Shown one piece after another: positions 41,858 through 52,174 of a stretch of 64,000 nucleotides of DNA. The stretch is from assembly GCA_963764625.1 (NCBI GenBank), contig CAVXTH010000005.1, forward strand, positions 288,001 to 352,000. Reading direction: 5' to 3'. Below the pieces are notes generated by a model that was given only the letters and a program-made list of their open reading frames with translations, did no database searches and was not told where the DNA came from. The translations under genes were made by a program, and so were the position numbers. Origin of the DNA: Candidatus Krumholzibacteriota bacterium (GTDB lineage Bacteria; Krumholzibacteriota; Krumholzibacteriia; JAJRXK01). The number at the start of each line of letters is the position of its first letter. The stretch's first letter is position 1.

Positions 41858-41917
41858 GTCGCGCGGATATACTCGACCGTATCGGAGACTTTTATCGCCG
41901 GCTATAATCGACCATAC

Positions 41918-42542
41918 CTACTTCGTCTCCACCATCGCCTTTGCTTCCGCTAAGCTCATCTGCTTGTTGTAGAGTCTATCGTCGGTCTCGCTCAGGCCGC
42001 GCGCCTTGGCAAGATTCCCCAGGAACAACGGCCCGAATCCCAGTTCCTCGATGAGCTGCCGGGCAACCGATTCCGCCTTCTTGTCGGTAGCGACGAACGG
42101 AAGTACCCGCCGTTCTTCGAGCGGCTTGCTCGTGATCACCCTCATCGCGAAGGTGTTCCCAGAAGATTGTGTTGAAGACCTTGGCGAGATGCGTCGCGGG
42201 AAGCAGGCGGTGCAGGTACTCACTTTGGGTGAGTCCTTTGAGGTCGATGGCGCCGTCGCGCGAGGGATAATAATTAGACGCGGTCAGCAGCACTTTGCCC
42301 TCGAGCTCTTCGCGGGGCAGCTCGCTGAGCTTGCCGAAGGGAACCGCCTCGATGACGATCTCTCCCTTTCGCGCAGCTTGCTGCGCCGTGGCGGCCGAAA
42401 CTTTGGGTCCCAGTTTCGCGACCAGTTCACGGAGAGTCTCCGGACCCCGCGAGTTGGCGATGACCACCTCGTGGCCACTCTTGACCAAGAGACTCGCAAG
42501 CGTTCCCCCGATATGGCCCGCTCCGATGATTCCGATCTTCAT
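41918..42542 (-). CDS. NADPH-dependent F420 reductase-like oxidoreductase; frameshifted near 42135
   Basis: MKIGIIGAGHIG, NSRGPETL, SNYYP.RDG, KVFNTI, LIEELGF. Confidence 0.88.
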
Positions 42543-42864
42543 GGCCCACTCTCCCTTTGAGGCTCTTTTGTTCATCTCCTTCAGGGTAAAGCGGAAACTG
42601 GGGTTCCTCCACTCTATCGCATCCGCAGCGCCATCTGATCGCCATTACCTCCCACCGCGAGCACGTCCGGGGGGGCAGAGCCCCAGATTCCCGTAGTCTG
42701 AGCGGTCACTCCGGTCGACATTTGCGTCCACTCCGTCCCGTCATACTTCATGCACTTCGGAGCCAACCCACCAGGAGCGGGCGATCCACCTCGCGACGGT
42801 CTCTATCCGCAGGGAGGCCCAGGCCCCGATTCCCGGGAGCGCGGGCTGTTCGGCAGGCAGCGCT

Positions 42865-42921
42865 CAATTTTAATTATATTAAGTTTAACTTGATTTTATG
42901 TATTTTCATAGCTATTATACT
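42865..42921 (+). promoter_or_regulatory. AT-rich promoter/operator with TTGATT-N17-TATTAT
   Basis: ~55 nt nearly pure A/T tract in GC-rich DNA, with repeated TTAA; -35 at 42890-42895, -10 at 42913-42918. Confidence 0.7.
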
Positions 42922-42940
42922 CTGCAAAGGGAAGGTGCTC

Positions 42941-43294
42941 ATGGATATCTCAAAGGCCCGCTGCGCGGAATGCGACCGCCCCATGGAAGTCTCGCGGATG
43001 GTCTGTCCCCGGTGTGAGGTGCGCCTGGAGGGGGATTTCGAGATCCCGGCCCTGGCCCGCCTGTCGATCGAGGATCAGGCATTCGTCGTGGCGTTCCTGC
43101 GGCACCACGGCTCCATCAAAAAGATGGAGAGCCTGTTCGGGATCAGTTATCCCACGGTGAAGAACCGCCTCAACGCGATCGCCCGCCAACTCGACGAGAG
43201 CTTCAACGTCCCCACCCCCAACGAGCTCGTTCTCGACCAACTGGCCCGGGGAGAGATCACCGTCGAGGAAGCACTCGAGAGACTGAACCCCTGA
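42941..43294 (+). CDS. DUF2089 family Zn-ribbon/HTH protein
   Basis: CAEC..CPRC, GSIKKME..GISYPTVKNRL, C-terminal GEITVEEAL. Confidence 0.92.
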   Translation: MDISKARCAECDRPMEVSRMVCPRCEVRLEGDFEIPALARLSIEDQAFVVAFLRHHGSIKKMESLFGISYPTVKNRLNAIARQLDESFNVPTPNELVLDQLARGEITVEEALERLNP

Positions 43295-43334
43295 TCCTGT
43301 GCCCAAGATCCGATCCCAAGGAGGAGAGAAGACC

Positions 43335-43742
43335 ATGTCCCGTGAACGAGCGAAGATTCTCCAGATGGTCGCCGACGGCACCATCACTCCCGAGGAAGCG
43401 GAGAAGCTCCTGAGTCGGCTGGAGGCTCCCGGATCCAGGGTGGCCCTCGAAGCAAGCGAAACGACGTCACGCAAGAGCAAGGCCGGAGCCCTGAAGTGGC
43501 TACGCGTGGTGGTCGATGGCAAGGACAAGGTCAATGTCCGCGTCCCCATCGGGCTCATCCGGACCGGCATCAAGCTGACGACCTTGATGCCGCCAAGTGC
43601 GAGCGAGCACCTCACCGAGCATGGGATCGATCTGTCGCAGTTGAAGAATCTCGACGGCGAGGAACTGATGGACGCATTGCGTGAGCTCACCGTCGACGTC
43701 GACTCCAAGAACGGTGACACGGTTCACGTGTTCTGCGAGTAA
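43335..43742 (+). CDS. SHOCT-like domain protein (DUF2089 partner)
   Basis: ERAKILQMVADGTITPEEAEKLL; KWLRVVV..VNVRVP. Confidence 0.85.
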   Translation: MSRERAKILQMVADGTITPEEAEKLLSRLEAPGSRVALEASETTSRKSKAGALKWLRVVVDGKDKVNVRVPIGLIRTGIKLTTLMPPSASEHLTEHGIDLSQLKNLDGEELMDALRELTVDVDSKNGDTVHVFCE

Positions 43743-43797
43743 CGCACGTCAGCATGAACATTTGGAATGGACTTCTTGTGAAAAGCTGGAGACACGT

Positions 43798-45652
43798 GTG
43801 ACCTCATCACCCCAACGCATTCCTTTGGAGGATTTCTTCCGTAAACCCGAACGTGCCGGCCTCGAGCTCTCCCCTTCGGGACGCTACCTCGCGTTTCTCG
43901 CACCCTACGAGCGGCGCCTGAACGTCTGGGTACGCGATCTCGAAACGGGCAAGGAACTCCGCGTGACCGACGCCACCGAGCGCGACATCGCCGGCTACCT
44001 GTGGGCGAACGATGATCGTCTGATCTACGTGCAAGATCGCGGAGGCGACGAAAACTACCGACTCTACGGCGTTGGACGCGACGGCTCCGATCCTCTCGAC
44101 CTCACCCCGTATGAGGGCGTCCAGTGCTCGATCGTCGACGAGCTAGAGGAGATCGACGACGAGATCCTCTTCATGATGAATCGAAGGACCCCGGAGGTCT
44201 TCGACGTCTATCGGCTGAACGTCACGACCGGGGAGACGACCATCGTCGCCGAGAATCCGGGTAACGTGCAGGGCTGGCTCACCGACCACGCCGGCCGGCT
44301 GCGCCTCGCCACGACGACCGACGGCGTGAACACCAGCATTCTGTACCGCGAAACCGAAGTCTCCCCGTGGCATTCGATTGCAACCTACGATTTCAAGGAG
44401 TTGGCTATCCCGCTGTGCTTCACCTTCGATGACCGAGCACTCTACGTTGCGTCGAACGTCGGCCGGGATCGCATCGCAATCTTCGAGTACGACCTCGAGA
44501 GCGGCCGCGAAGGCCGATTGATCTTCGAGCATCCGGAGGTCGACGTGTCGTCCCTGCTGTACTCCAAGCACCGGCGCATGATTACCGGCGTGCTCTACCA
44601 CACCTCCAAGCCTGCGCATCAGTTTTTCGAAGTGCGTGATGCCGAGATTCAGCGCTTCCTCGACGAGCGGCTTTCCGGACGTTTCAATCGCATCGTGTCA
44701 CACTCCAAAGACGAGTCTCGCTACGTAGTGCACTCCAGCAGCGACCGCTCGCTCGGCGATTATCATCTGCTCGAGTCACCCGAGGGCGGGGCCCTCGCGA
44801 TGCGCAAGTTGTTCGACGCTTCGCCCTGGCTGAACGAAAGCGAAATGGCTGCGCTCGAGCCGATCGAGTATCAATCGCGCGACGGCCTGAAGATCTACGG
44901 CTACCTCACCCGCCCGCTGGGGACAGCCGGCTCTGCGGTTCCGATGGTCGTCCTCCCCCACGGAGGCCCCTGGCACCGTGATTCCTGGCGTTTCGAACCT
45001 GAGGTCCAGTTCCTCGCGAACCGCGGCCACGCCGTACTGCAGGTCAATTTTCGCAGCTCGACGGGCTACGGCCGGAAGTTCAAGGAGGCCGGGTACGGGC
45101 AGTGGGGTCTGACGATGCAGGACGATCTGACGGACGGGGTGGCATCTGGGCGGTGAAGCAGCGGCATCGCCGATCCGCGACCGGGTTGCGATCTTCGGTG
45201 GAAGCTATGGCGGATACGCCGCTCTCTCCGGGTTGACCAAGACCCCCGAGCTGTACGCCTGCGGAGTGAGCTACTGTGGCGTCTCGAACCTCTTCACCTG
45301 GATCGCCGCAATCCCGGCTTACTGGAAGCCACTTCTGGGGATGATCTACGAAATGATCGGACACCCCGAGCGCGATGCGGAGCGGCTACGGGAGACTTCT
45401 CCTTTGTTCCACGTCGATCGAATCCGCGCGCCTCTTCTCGTGGCCCAAGGGGCCAACGATCCGCGCGTTCGCAAGGAGGAATCGGACCAGATGGTTACAG
45501 CGGTGCGTGGCCGAGGCGTCGAGGTGGAGTACATCGTCAAGGACGATGAAGGACACGGTTTCCACAATGAGGAGAACGTGTTCGACTTCTATCGTGTGCT
45601 GGAGCGCTTTCTCGAACGTCATCTCGGACCAGTGTCCGAAGGCGGTGCCTAA
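43798..45652 (+). CDS. S9 family peptidase (dipeptidyl/acylaminoacyl peptidase); frameshifted near 45145
   Basis: [33 protein letters not shown]. Confidence 0.93.
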
Positions 45653-45688
45653 CCCTACTCGCCATATCCGGTAGCACGAGGATGATCC

Positions 45689-45716
45689 GGAACCGACCCC
45701 CAGGCCGGGGCGTATA
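45689..45716 (+). promoter_or_regulatory. Possible ECF-type promoter GGAACC-N16-CGTATA
   Basis: Consensus match upstream of the PAP2 gene. Confidence 0.4.
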
Positions 45717-45875
45717 GACGAAACCTCGCATCGCTCGAAACTGCGGGGCTTCTCCCGCTTCCGGAGGCTCTTCGCCCTGACCAGAATCCTTGTCACACTT
45801 TGCGTTGCTCTGAACCTCAGTGCCTACTTCTGCGCTGTTCCGGCGTCGGCCACGACATTCTCGGGAGCGAGGGCC

Positions 45876-46499
45876 ATGGCGTACAGTGATGTTACAGGCC
45901 TCCTCAGCCAACAAAGCCTAGAAATCTTCGCCCTCGGCGGCGCGCTCACGGTGATGGGGCACCAGGTGGAGAATGCCAACGACGAGGAGCGCTTCCTCGA
46001 CTCGCCTAGCCTCGATGGTGTGTCCGACACGGGCAACGTCTACGGAAACGGCCTCACCATCGCGGGAGGCGCTTTGGGCCTGGTGGCAGCCGGCGCCTTC
46101 GCGCATTCGCCTCGGCTGGTGTCGGCCGGTGTCGACGTGGCGCATTCCTTCCTGCTGAGCGGCGCCCTCATCGTCGCGATCAAGATGGCGGCACAGCGTA
46201 CCCGGCCGAACGGCGGCAGCTACTCCTTTCCCTCCGGCCATACTGGCGTGGCCATGTCCGCGGCTCCGGTTCTGGCCTATCACTTCGGACCCGTCGTGGG
46301 AGCTTGTGCGTACGCTCTGGCGGGGGCCACTGCCATGGGAAGGATGGAGGACCGCTACCACTACTTGTCAGACGTCTTGTTCGGGGCCACGATCGGCGTG
46401 GTCGTGGGACGCACTGTAGTGCATGAGCGCAGCGGATCTGCGATTCTCGATCACCTGCGCCTCGCCCCCGGCGGCGCGGCCTTCACCTGCCCATTTTGA
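45876..46499 (+). CDS. PAP2 family membrane phosphatase
   Basis: K....RTRP, SFPSGH, GRMEDRYHYLSDV; frame is open further upstream with a signal-like segment. Confidence 0.9.
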   Translation: MAYSDVTGLLSQQSLEIFALGGALTVMGHQVENANDEERFLDSPSLDGVSDTGNVYGNGLTIAGGALGLVAAGAFAHSPRLVSAGVDVAHSFLLSGALIVAIKMAAQRTRPNGGSYSFPSGHTGVAMSAAPVLAYHFGPVVGACAYALAGATAMGRMEDRYHYLSDVLFGATIGVVVGRTVVHERSGSAILDHLRLAPGGAAFTCPF

Positions 46500-46530
46500 T
46501 TTGAGCTGAGCAGTGACGCATCGGGCCGCA

Positions 46531-48294
46531 CTAACGCAGTAGTGCAAGGCGCTGCACGAGCTGCTTCCCCTCCGCAATCATCTGCACGAAGTAGATGCCG
46601 CTTGCCACTGGGCGTCCGGAATCGTCTCGACCGTTCCAGCTGACCGCGCCCGCGCCGACCGGATACCGCTTCGCGGGGAAGCTATGTACCCGTCGCCCCG
46701 CCGCGTCGTAGATGCGAATCGTGGGAACCTGCGCGTGATCGAGCAAGAAGCGAATCTCGGTGCGCGGATTGAAGGGATTCGGGAAGGCGCCCAGGAGCAC
46801 AGTGCGCGTAGGCACTTCGTTAGCGGCCACCCTCAAAGTCTCCAACGGAAAGATCTCCTCCCCGTCCTGCATGATCCCCAGACCGTAACGCAGTTCACCC
46901 GCAGGAGCCGCTGTGTCGAGATACACCCCGCTCGCGCCTTGCCCGCGATAGAGCTCGGCGGAAGCGCTCTCGTCGAGCCGCCGCAGGAAGACCTCCTGGG
47001 TCCCGCTCAGCGACCACTGCAGCTTTACGCCTTGCTCCACTCGCGTCCCCGTGAAGCCCTGCACCAACACTGGGGTGATCTCGCACGCCGAATCGTAGGC
47101 GCCCATGCGGCCGCAGGCGCTGTTTTCGGCCGAGGCCGGAGAATGCGTACTCAAGGTGTAGTCCCCCGCCCATCGCGCACAGAAGATCGGAGGCGCGCTG
47201 ATGTTGTCGTTACTCTTGGTAACGTCGCCGATTCCACCACGCGTGTTTGGACCATCGATTTCCCAGAAGTCGTTGCAGCCCACGGATACGCTGGCAGGCG
47301 CTTCAACTGCAGCTGCCGGCAGGCCGATGAAGAGGTTGTTTTCGATGACTCCGGAACTGGGAGCAGTGGCCTCGATCATTGCGGGCAGCTGCTCAGGCGG
47401 GAACACATGATCCCAACAAGGGGTCATGACAGGCGCGTCGGGTACGGTGGTGTCCACAAAGGTGTTGCCTTGAAGTACCACACCACCCGTGGCCCAGATA
47501 CAATCCGTGACTCCCAAGCATTCATAGTCAAGATAGTCCGCGCTCTTGAATACACCGAAATGAGCCACGAGACAGCCAAACATCTCCAGCGATTCCGCAG
47601 AATCGATCAAGAAGGGACCACAATCGAGGAACCGGGTACCTTCGATTGTAACGGGAACGATGGCGACAATGGGAGATGACTGGTTTTGAAACTCGCAATC
47701 ACGGATCGTGATGCTTCCATCCGTGGTCCCTGAATAGGCATTGTAGTCTGGCGCGATACAGTTACCACCTACTGCAGCCCCTTCCGTAATACGCTCCCAG
47801 TAGTTCTCATGGAATGCACACCGCTCGAATAGGAGTTCAAAGTTGCCGCCGTAGGCAATAGGAGGACCTTGCCCGGTCCAGATATTCTCGAACGTACAGT
47901 CGGCGAAGCTCACCTTTGACGAACTCACGGTAATACGTCCCTCGCCAAAGCCACCGGTAAAGCCTATCTCACCGAGAATGAACCCCTTGACTTGGGCTTG
48001 CCCCAGATTGCTCGCGCCCATGCCTCCGAGCCGATTGGCGCCGAGTTCGCGGGAGAGGAGCGTGATGCCATGGCTCAGCTCCACGACGCCGCCGTCGAGA
48101 GTATTTGGCGCCACGCTAACACTGTCACCATCAACGGCAGCGGCCAGCGCAGCCTCGAGAGTGTAGTTCTCGGGAACCAGAAGCGTGGTGGCGTGCGTCA
48201 CACCGGGGACTGCCGCGAGGACCAGCGGAAGGAGGATCAGTGCGTAAAAAAAAGCGCAAACGCGGCCAATGAAACCAAATATCAATTTCACCAT
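46531..48294 (-). CDS. Secreted beta-helix protein with C-terminal FlgD-Ig sorting domain
   Basis: Signal peptide, DCTFEN/RCAFHEN/DCEFQN repeats, AFPNPFNP..IYDAAGRRV..WNGRDDSGRPVASGIYF; GGAGG RBS. Confidence 0.88.
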   Translation of the reverse strand: MVKLIFGFIGRVCAFFYALILLPLVLAAVPGVTHATTLLVPENYTLEAALAAAVDGDSVSVAPNTLDGGVVELSHGITLLSRELGANRLGGMGASNLGQAQVKGFILGEIGFTGGFGEGRITVSSSKVSFADCTFENIWTGQGPPIAYGGNFELLFERCAFHENYWERITEGAAVGGNCIAPDYNAYSGTTDGSITIRDCEFQNQSSPIVAIVPVTIEGTRFLDCGPFLIDSAESLEMFGCLVAHFGVFKSADYLDYECLGVTDCIWATGGVVLQGNTFVDTTVPDAPVMTPCWDHVFPPEQLPAMIEATAPSSGVIENNLFIGLPAAAVEAPASVSVGCNDFWEIDGPNTRGGIGDVTKSNDNISAPPIFCARWAGDYTLSTHSPASAENSACGRMGAYDSACEITPVLVQGFTGTRVEQGVKLQWSLSGTQEVFLRRLDESASAELYRGQGASGVYLDTAAPAGELRYGLGIMQDGEEIFPLETLRVAANEVPTRTVLLGAFPNPFNPRTEIRFLLDHAQVPTIRIYDAAGRRVHSFPAKRYPVGAGAVSWNGRDDSGRPVASGIYFVQMIAEGKQLVQRLALLR

Positions 48295-48338
48295 CTCCGC
48301 ACCTCCCAAGACGAGATGAGGCGCGGGAGCCACGCACC

Positions 48339-48347
48339 AGTATAGCA
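48339..48347 (-). promoter_or_regulatory. Extended -10 element TGcTATACT
   Basis: About 45 nt upstream of the FlgD-Ig gene start. Confidence 0.45.
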
Positions 48348-48348
48348 C

Positions 48349-49767
48349 TTATGAGCCGGCGCCGGAAGCGGGCTGGGCAGCGCTCAGATCTTCCAGACTC
48401 ACTTCGGCCACGCTCTTCTGCAATTCGGCATACAGTTCATTGACGACTTCCCATGGCCGTGTCGAACCTTCCGCGCCTTCCAAGGGCATCGCGGTGCGAC
48501 TCAGCTCGAGAACCTCGCAAGCGGTAATCTGATCCGCGGGACGGGAGAGGGCATAGCCGCTGCGCGCGCCTTCGTGTACCTCGTGCACCAGGCTCGCCTT
48601 CATCAAAGGCCGAAGCAGCCGCAGCACCGCCGAAGGCGGCAACCGCAACGAGCGTGAGAGAACCCCAACCGTAGCTAACTGGCCTTGATGAAAGCACTCG
48701 GCGATGCGCGTCGCCAATGGCAACACCAGGGTGCGGTCGATCACGATGAGATCGCCCTCGAAGAAGCTGCGCCAGGCGAAGCGTCCCTCGCGCATCGCCT
48801 GCAGAGCGTAGGCCAATTCCAACCCAAAGAGAACGATGAGCCAGGTGATCCACAGCCACAGCAAAAAGAGCGGCAGAAGACCGAGAGCGCCGTAAAGAGT
48901 AGAGATAGCCGTGCGTCGCACGTAGAGCGAGAACAGCTGCTCGCCCAACCACCACAACACCGATGCCACCGAGGCGCCGATCATGGCCGCGTTCCACTGC
49001 ACCCGGGTGTTGGGCAAAGACACGTAGAGGAAGAAGAAGACAATCCAAATCGTGAGTAGAGGAACCACGATGGCCAAAATGGCCATGAGGCTCGATCCAA
49101 CCCCCAAGGCGTCTATGTTGCTGAGCATGCGCCGCTGTGCCACCTGGCCGATGAAGATCACCAGGGGACTCAGGGTGATCACACTGTAGTAGATCGGTAG
49201 TCGCAGATACGGGGGCCGGCCCGGGCCGGCTTTGTATATATGGTTGAAGGAGCTCTCCACCGTGGCCAAGAGTCCAGTGGCGGCCCAGATGAAAATGAGG
49301 ATGCCGACCAAACCCACTCCGCGAAAATCGACCGTTTCCAATTCACTGAGCACTCTCTCCACCTGATCGCCCAGGGTCTTGCGAACTTCAATGAAGCTCT
49401 CTTCCCGGCGCAGACTCTCCCCTTCGAGGTTGCGATGCGGGGTGGGAATGCCGGGAATAATGTCGTCTTGCTGCACGGGCTGGAGGATCCAGTTGACGAT
49501 CCCCTCCCTGAATTCCGACATCTCCTTGGGCCCGACGAAGGAGTGCATCACCACCAGACTCAGAACCAGGGTGGGCATGAGCGAAAAGATGGTGTGATAG
49601 GTGAGCGCGGCCGCCATGGTCGAGGCCCGGTCGCGCCGCAGTTCGATGGTGCAGTGCCGCGCCAGATCGATCCACCAACGCAAGGAGCGCTCTCGATCGG
49701 AGAGATCTCGCTCCGGCTTGCGCATGAGGCGCCGGAGAGATGGAATGAGGCGTTTCAACTTCCACAT
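48349..49767 (-). CDS. YihY/BrkB membrane protein fused to an Rrf2-type HTH
   Basis: AAALTYHTIFSLMP, LYGALGLLPLFLLWL; C-terminal GYALSRPADQIT. Confidence 0.9.
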   Translation of the reverse strand: MWKLKRLIPSLRRLMRKPERDLSDRERSLRWWIDLARHCTIELRRDRASTMAAALTYHTIFSLMPTLVLSLVVMHSFVGPKEMSEFREGIVNWILQPVQQDDIIPGIPTPHRNLEGESLRREESFIEVRKTLGDQVERVLSELETVDFRGVGLVGILIFIWAATGLLATVESSFNHIYKAGPGRPPYLRLPIYYSVITLSPLVIFIGQVAQRRMLSNIDALGVGSSLMAILAIVVPLLTIWIVFFFLYVSLPNTRVQWNAAMIGASVASVLWWLGEQLFSLYVRRTAISTLYGALGLLPLFLLWLWITWLIVLFGLELAYALQAMREGRFAWRSFFEGDLIVIDRTLVLPLATRIAECFHQGQLATVGVLSRSLRLPPSAVLRLLRPLMKASLVHEVHEGARSGYALSRPADQITACEVLELSRTAMPLEGAEGSTRPWEVVNELYAELQKSVAEVSLEDLSAAQPASGAGS

Positions 49768-49979
49768 GGTTCGGGCGGCCGTCTCGTATGAACAGCCGAC
49801 CTCAGATTAGCCCATGGGGCCGCTCTGTCCACCAAAGAAGCTCGTTCCGGCGAGTCAGCTGCCGCTCTGGCTCTCGAATCCGCTTTTTCGGTGGCGGACT
49901 CGTCAGGAGGTCTACATAGTGTTGACTGCCCATGGTTCCGAGATCCTACTTCCCCGTGGATTCTTCAGAGGAGTATCTC

Positions 49980-50423
49980 ATGATGAAATATCTGACTACG
50001 TTTACCGCACTCGCTCTCCTTCTGATCGCTGGTTGTTCAGGTGGAGGGTCATCCGACAAGGCCGCGGACAATGCCCAGACCAACGCCGCGGCAGGAGAAC
50101 ACACGAGCGTCGCCGACATGCCGAAGCAAGCCATCGATTCTGCGAAAGAGGCAGCCGCCAAGACCGAGATCGCCTCGTTGCCCGAGGGCCAGGAAGTGAC
50201 GGTCAGCGGAAAGCTGGGGTGTGGCCACTGCAACTATCACGTGGGCACCACCTGCAGCGCCGCGCTTCAGACCGCCGACGGCGGAATCTACGTCCTCGAC
50301 GTGGCGGAAGATTCGGAATGGTTCCAGGACCGCTACGATGGCCTCGATCTGAAGGTGACCGGCAAAGTGCACCACGAGGGCACCCTGGTGAAACTGGAAG
50401 ATCCCAACATCACCAAACTCTAG
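49980..50423 (+). CDS. Lipoprotein with CxxC..C OB-fold-like domain
   Basis: Lipobox IAGC; GKLGCGHCNYHVGTTC; GAGGAG RBS. Confidence 0.75.
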   Translation: MMKYLTTFTALALLLIAGCSGGGSSDKAADNAQTNAAAGEHTSVADMPKQAIDSAKEAAAKTEIASLPEGQEVTVSGKLGCGHCNYHVGTTCSAALQTADGGIYVLDVAEDSEWFQDRYDGLDLKVTGKVHHEGTLVKLEDPNITKL

Positions 50424-50475
50424 CCTGAAATCCTGGGAATGCGGCTCGGAATCTCTCCCTAGGAGCGATGAGTTC

Positions 50476-51441
50476 GTGCGAATTTGCGCTGCGATCGACG
50501 TTGGCACCAACTCCATGAAGCTCTTCGTGGGAGACACACAAGCGCCAGCCTCTTCCAGCGCGGGAACAAAAGCGATTCGACCCGTGCTGGAAGATCTGGC
50601 GATCACCCGCCTCGGCGAGGGTCTTGCCCAGGCGGGATCCCTCACCCAAGCCGCCATCACCCGCAACGTCGAACAGCTCGCCCACTTCGTGCGGCAGGCC
50701 CGTAAGGCCGGGGCCGAGGAGATCGTGGCCGTGGGCACCATGGCCCTACGGGAAGCGAACAACGCCGACGCCTTCGTCGAAGCGGCCCGGCGGCGCTGCG
50801 GACTTACGGTCGAGATCATTCCCGGGGAAGAAGAAGCCCGCCTCTCCTTCCTGGGCGTTCTAGAGGGCCTGGGCTCTCTGGAGCTTCCGGCCTACGTCTT
50901 CGACATCGGCGGCGGAAGCACCGAGTTCATTCTGGGTCACGGGCGCGAGTTCACCGCGCGCACGAGTATCAACCTCGGGGTGCGCCGCCTCAGCGAAGAA
51001 CACCTGCGCGACGATCCACCCGCCTCCACACAAGTCGCCGCGCTACGAGCCAGCATCCGCAAGGCCTTGCAGCGCGTGCCCGCCCTGCTCGGGTCGCCCG
51101 ATCCCGTCCGCCGGCTGGTCGGCATCGGCGGCACCATTACCACCCTGGCCGCCGTCCAACTGATCATGAAAAGCTTTGACCCCCAAAGGATTCGAAATAC
51201 TCTTGTGACAAAGGTGGAGGTCGAGCGCCAAATTGAACTCTATGCGCGGCTTCCCCTGAGGGAGCGCCAGGACATCGATGGGCTCGCCCCCGACCGGGCC
51301 GACGTGATCGTGGCCGGGGCGTGCATCGTGGCCGGGGTTTTCGAGGTCTTCGGACTTGAATCCCTCACCGTCAGCGACCGCGGACTACGCCACGGGCTCT
51401 TTTGCGACCGATTCATGCCACCGCTCGAATTGGGAAACTGA
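50476..51441 (+). CDS. ppx: Ppx/GppA family exopolyphosphatase
   Basis: IDVGTNS, GEEEA, DIGGGSTE, RADVI, GLRHG. Confidence 0.92.
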   Translation: MRICAAIDVGTNSMKLFVGDTQAPASSSAGTKAIRPVLEDLAITRLGEGLAQAGSLTQAAITRNVEQLAHFVRQARKAGAEEIVAVGTMALREANNADAFVEAARRRCGLTVEIIPGEEEARLSFLGVLEGLGSLELPAYVFDIGGGSTEFILGHGREFTARTSINLGVRRLSEEHLRDDPPASTQVAALRASIRKALQRVPALLGSPDPVRRLVGIGGTITTLAAVQLIMKSFDPQRIRNTLVTKVEVERQIELYARLPLRERQDIDGLAPDRADVIVAGACIVAGVFEVFGLESLTVSDRGLRHGLFCDRFMPPLELGN

Positions 51442-51473
51442 GCCGCGAACTGATCTCAATCCCGGAGAACCCC

Positions 51474-52118
51474 ATGGACATTCTCTTCCACCGCACCCGC
51501 AGGTTGGAGCGGCAGATCGACGAGTATCTCGACCTGGTCGTGCAGGGCGGGCTGATCTTTCGCGCGGCGGTCGCCCATTACATGGAGAATCGCCACGACG
51601 ACTTCGACGATCGCCTCAGCGATTTGCAGAAACTCGAGTCGAAGGCTGATGAGTTGCGTCGGGAAATCGAAACGCGCCTGTATACCGAAACTCTCTTGCC
51701 CGAGTCCCGGGGTGACATCTTGGGGCTGCTCGAGACCATCGACAAGGTCATCAATCGCTGCGAGGAGAGCCTCCAGGACTTCTCGGTGGAGAAGCCCGAG
51801 ATCATTCCCGAACTCCTGGATGATTTCCGCCAGCTCATTGCTTCCACGGTGGATTGCGTCGACAACATGGTCATGGCCGCGCGTTCGTACTTCCGCGACC
51901 CCAAGGCGGTAAGGGACCACATTGCGCGGGCGCGATTCCACGAACAGGCGAGCGATCGCAGTGGGGTGAAGATTCGACGTCAACTCTTCGCCGCAAAGAT
52001 CGACCTGGCGTCTAAGCTGCATCAACGCGATTTCTCGGTGCGAATCGATCGAATTGCCGATGGGGCCGAAGACGTCTGCGACCGCTTGGCGATCGCGAAT
52101 ATCAAACGCTCTCTCTGA
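51474..52118 (+). CDS. DUF47 PhoU-like phosphate transport regulator
   Basis: ESKADELRREIE, IADGAEDVCDRL; upstream of PiT. Confidence 0.92.
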   Translation: MDILFHRTRRLERQIDEYLDLVVQGGLIFRAAVAHYMENRHDDFDDRLSDLQKLESKADELRREIETRLYTETLLPESRGDILGLLETIDKVINRCEESLQDFSVEKPEIIPELLDDFRQLIASTVDCVDNMVMAARSYFRDPKAVRDHIARARFHEQASDRSGVKIRRQLFAAKIDLASKLHQRDFSVRIDRIADGAEDVCDRLAIANIKRSL

Positions 52119-52174
52119 CAGCCAAGACCAACGGCTCGTCGATGACAAAGTCGCGAGCGAGTGAGGACTAGCCC

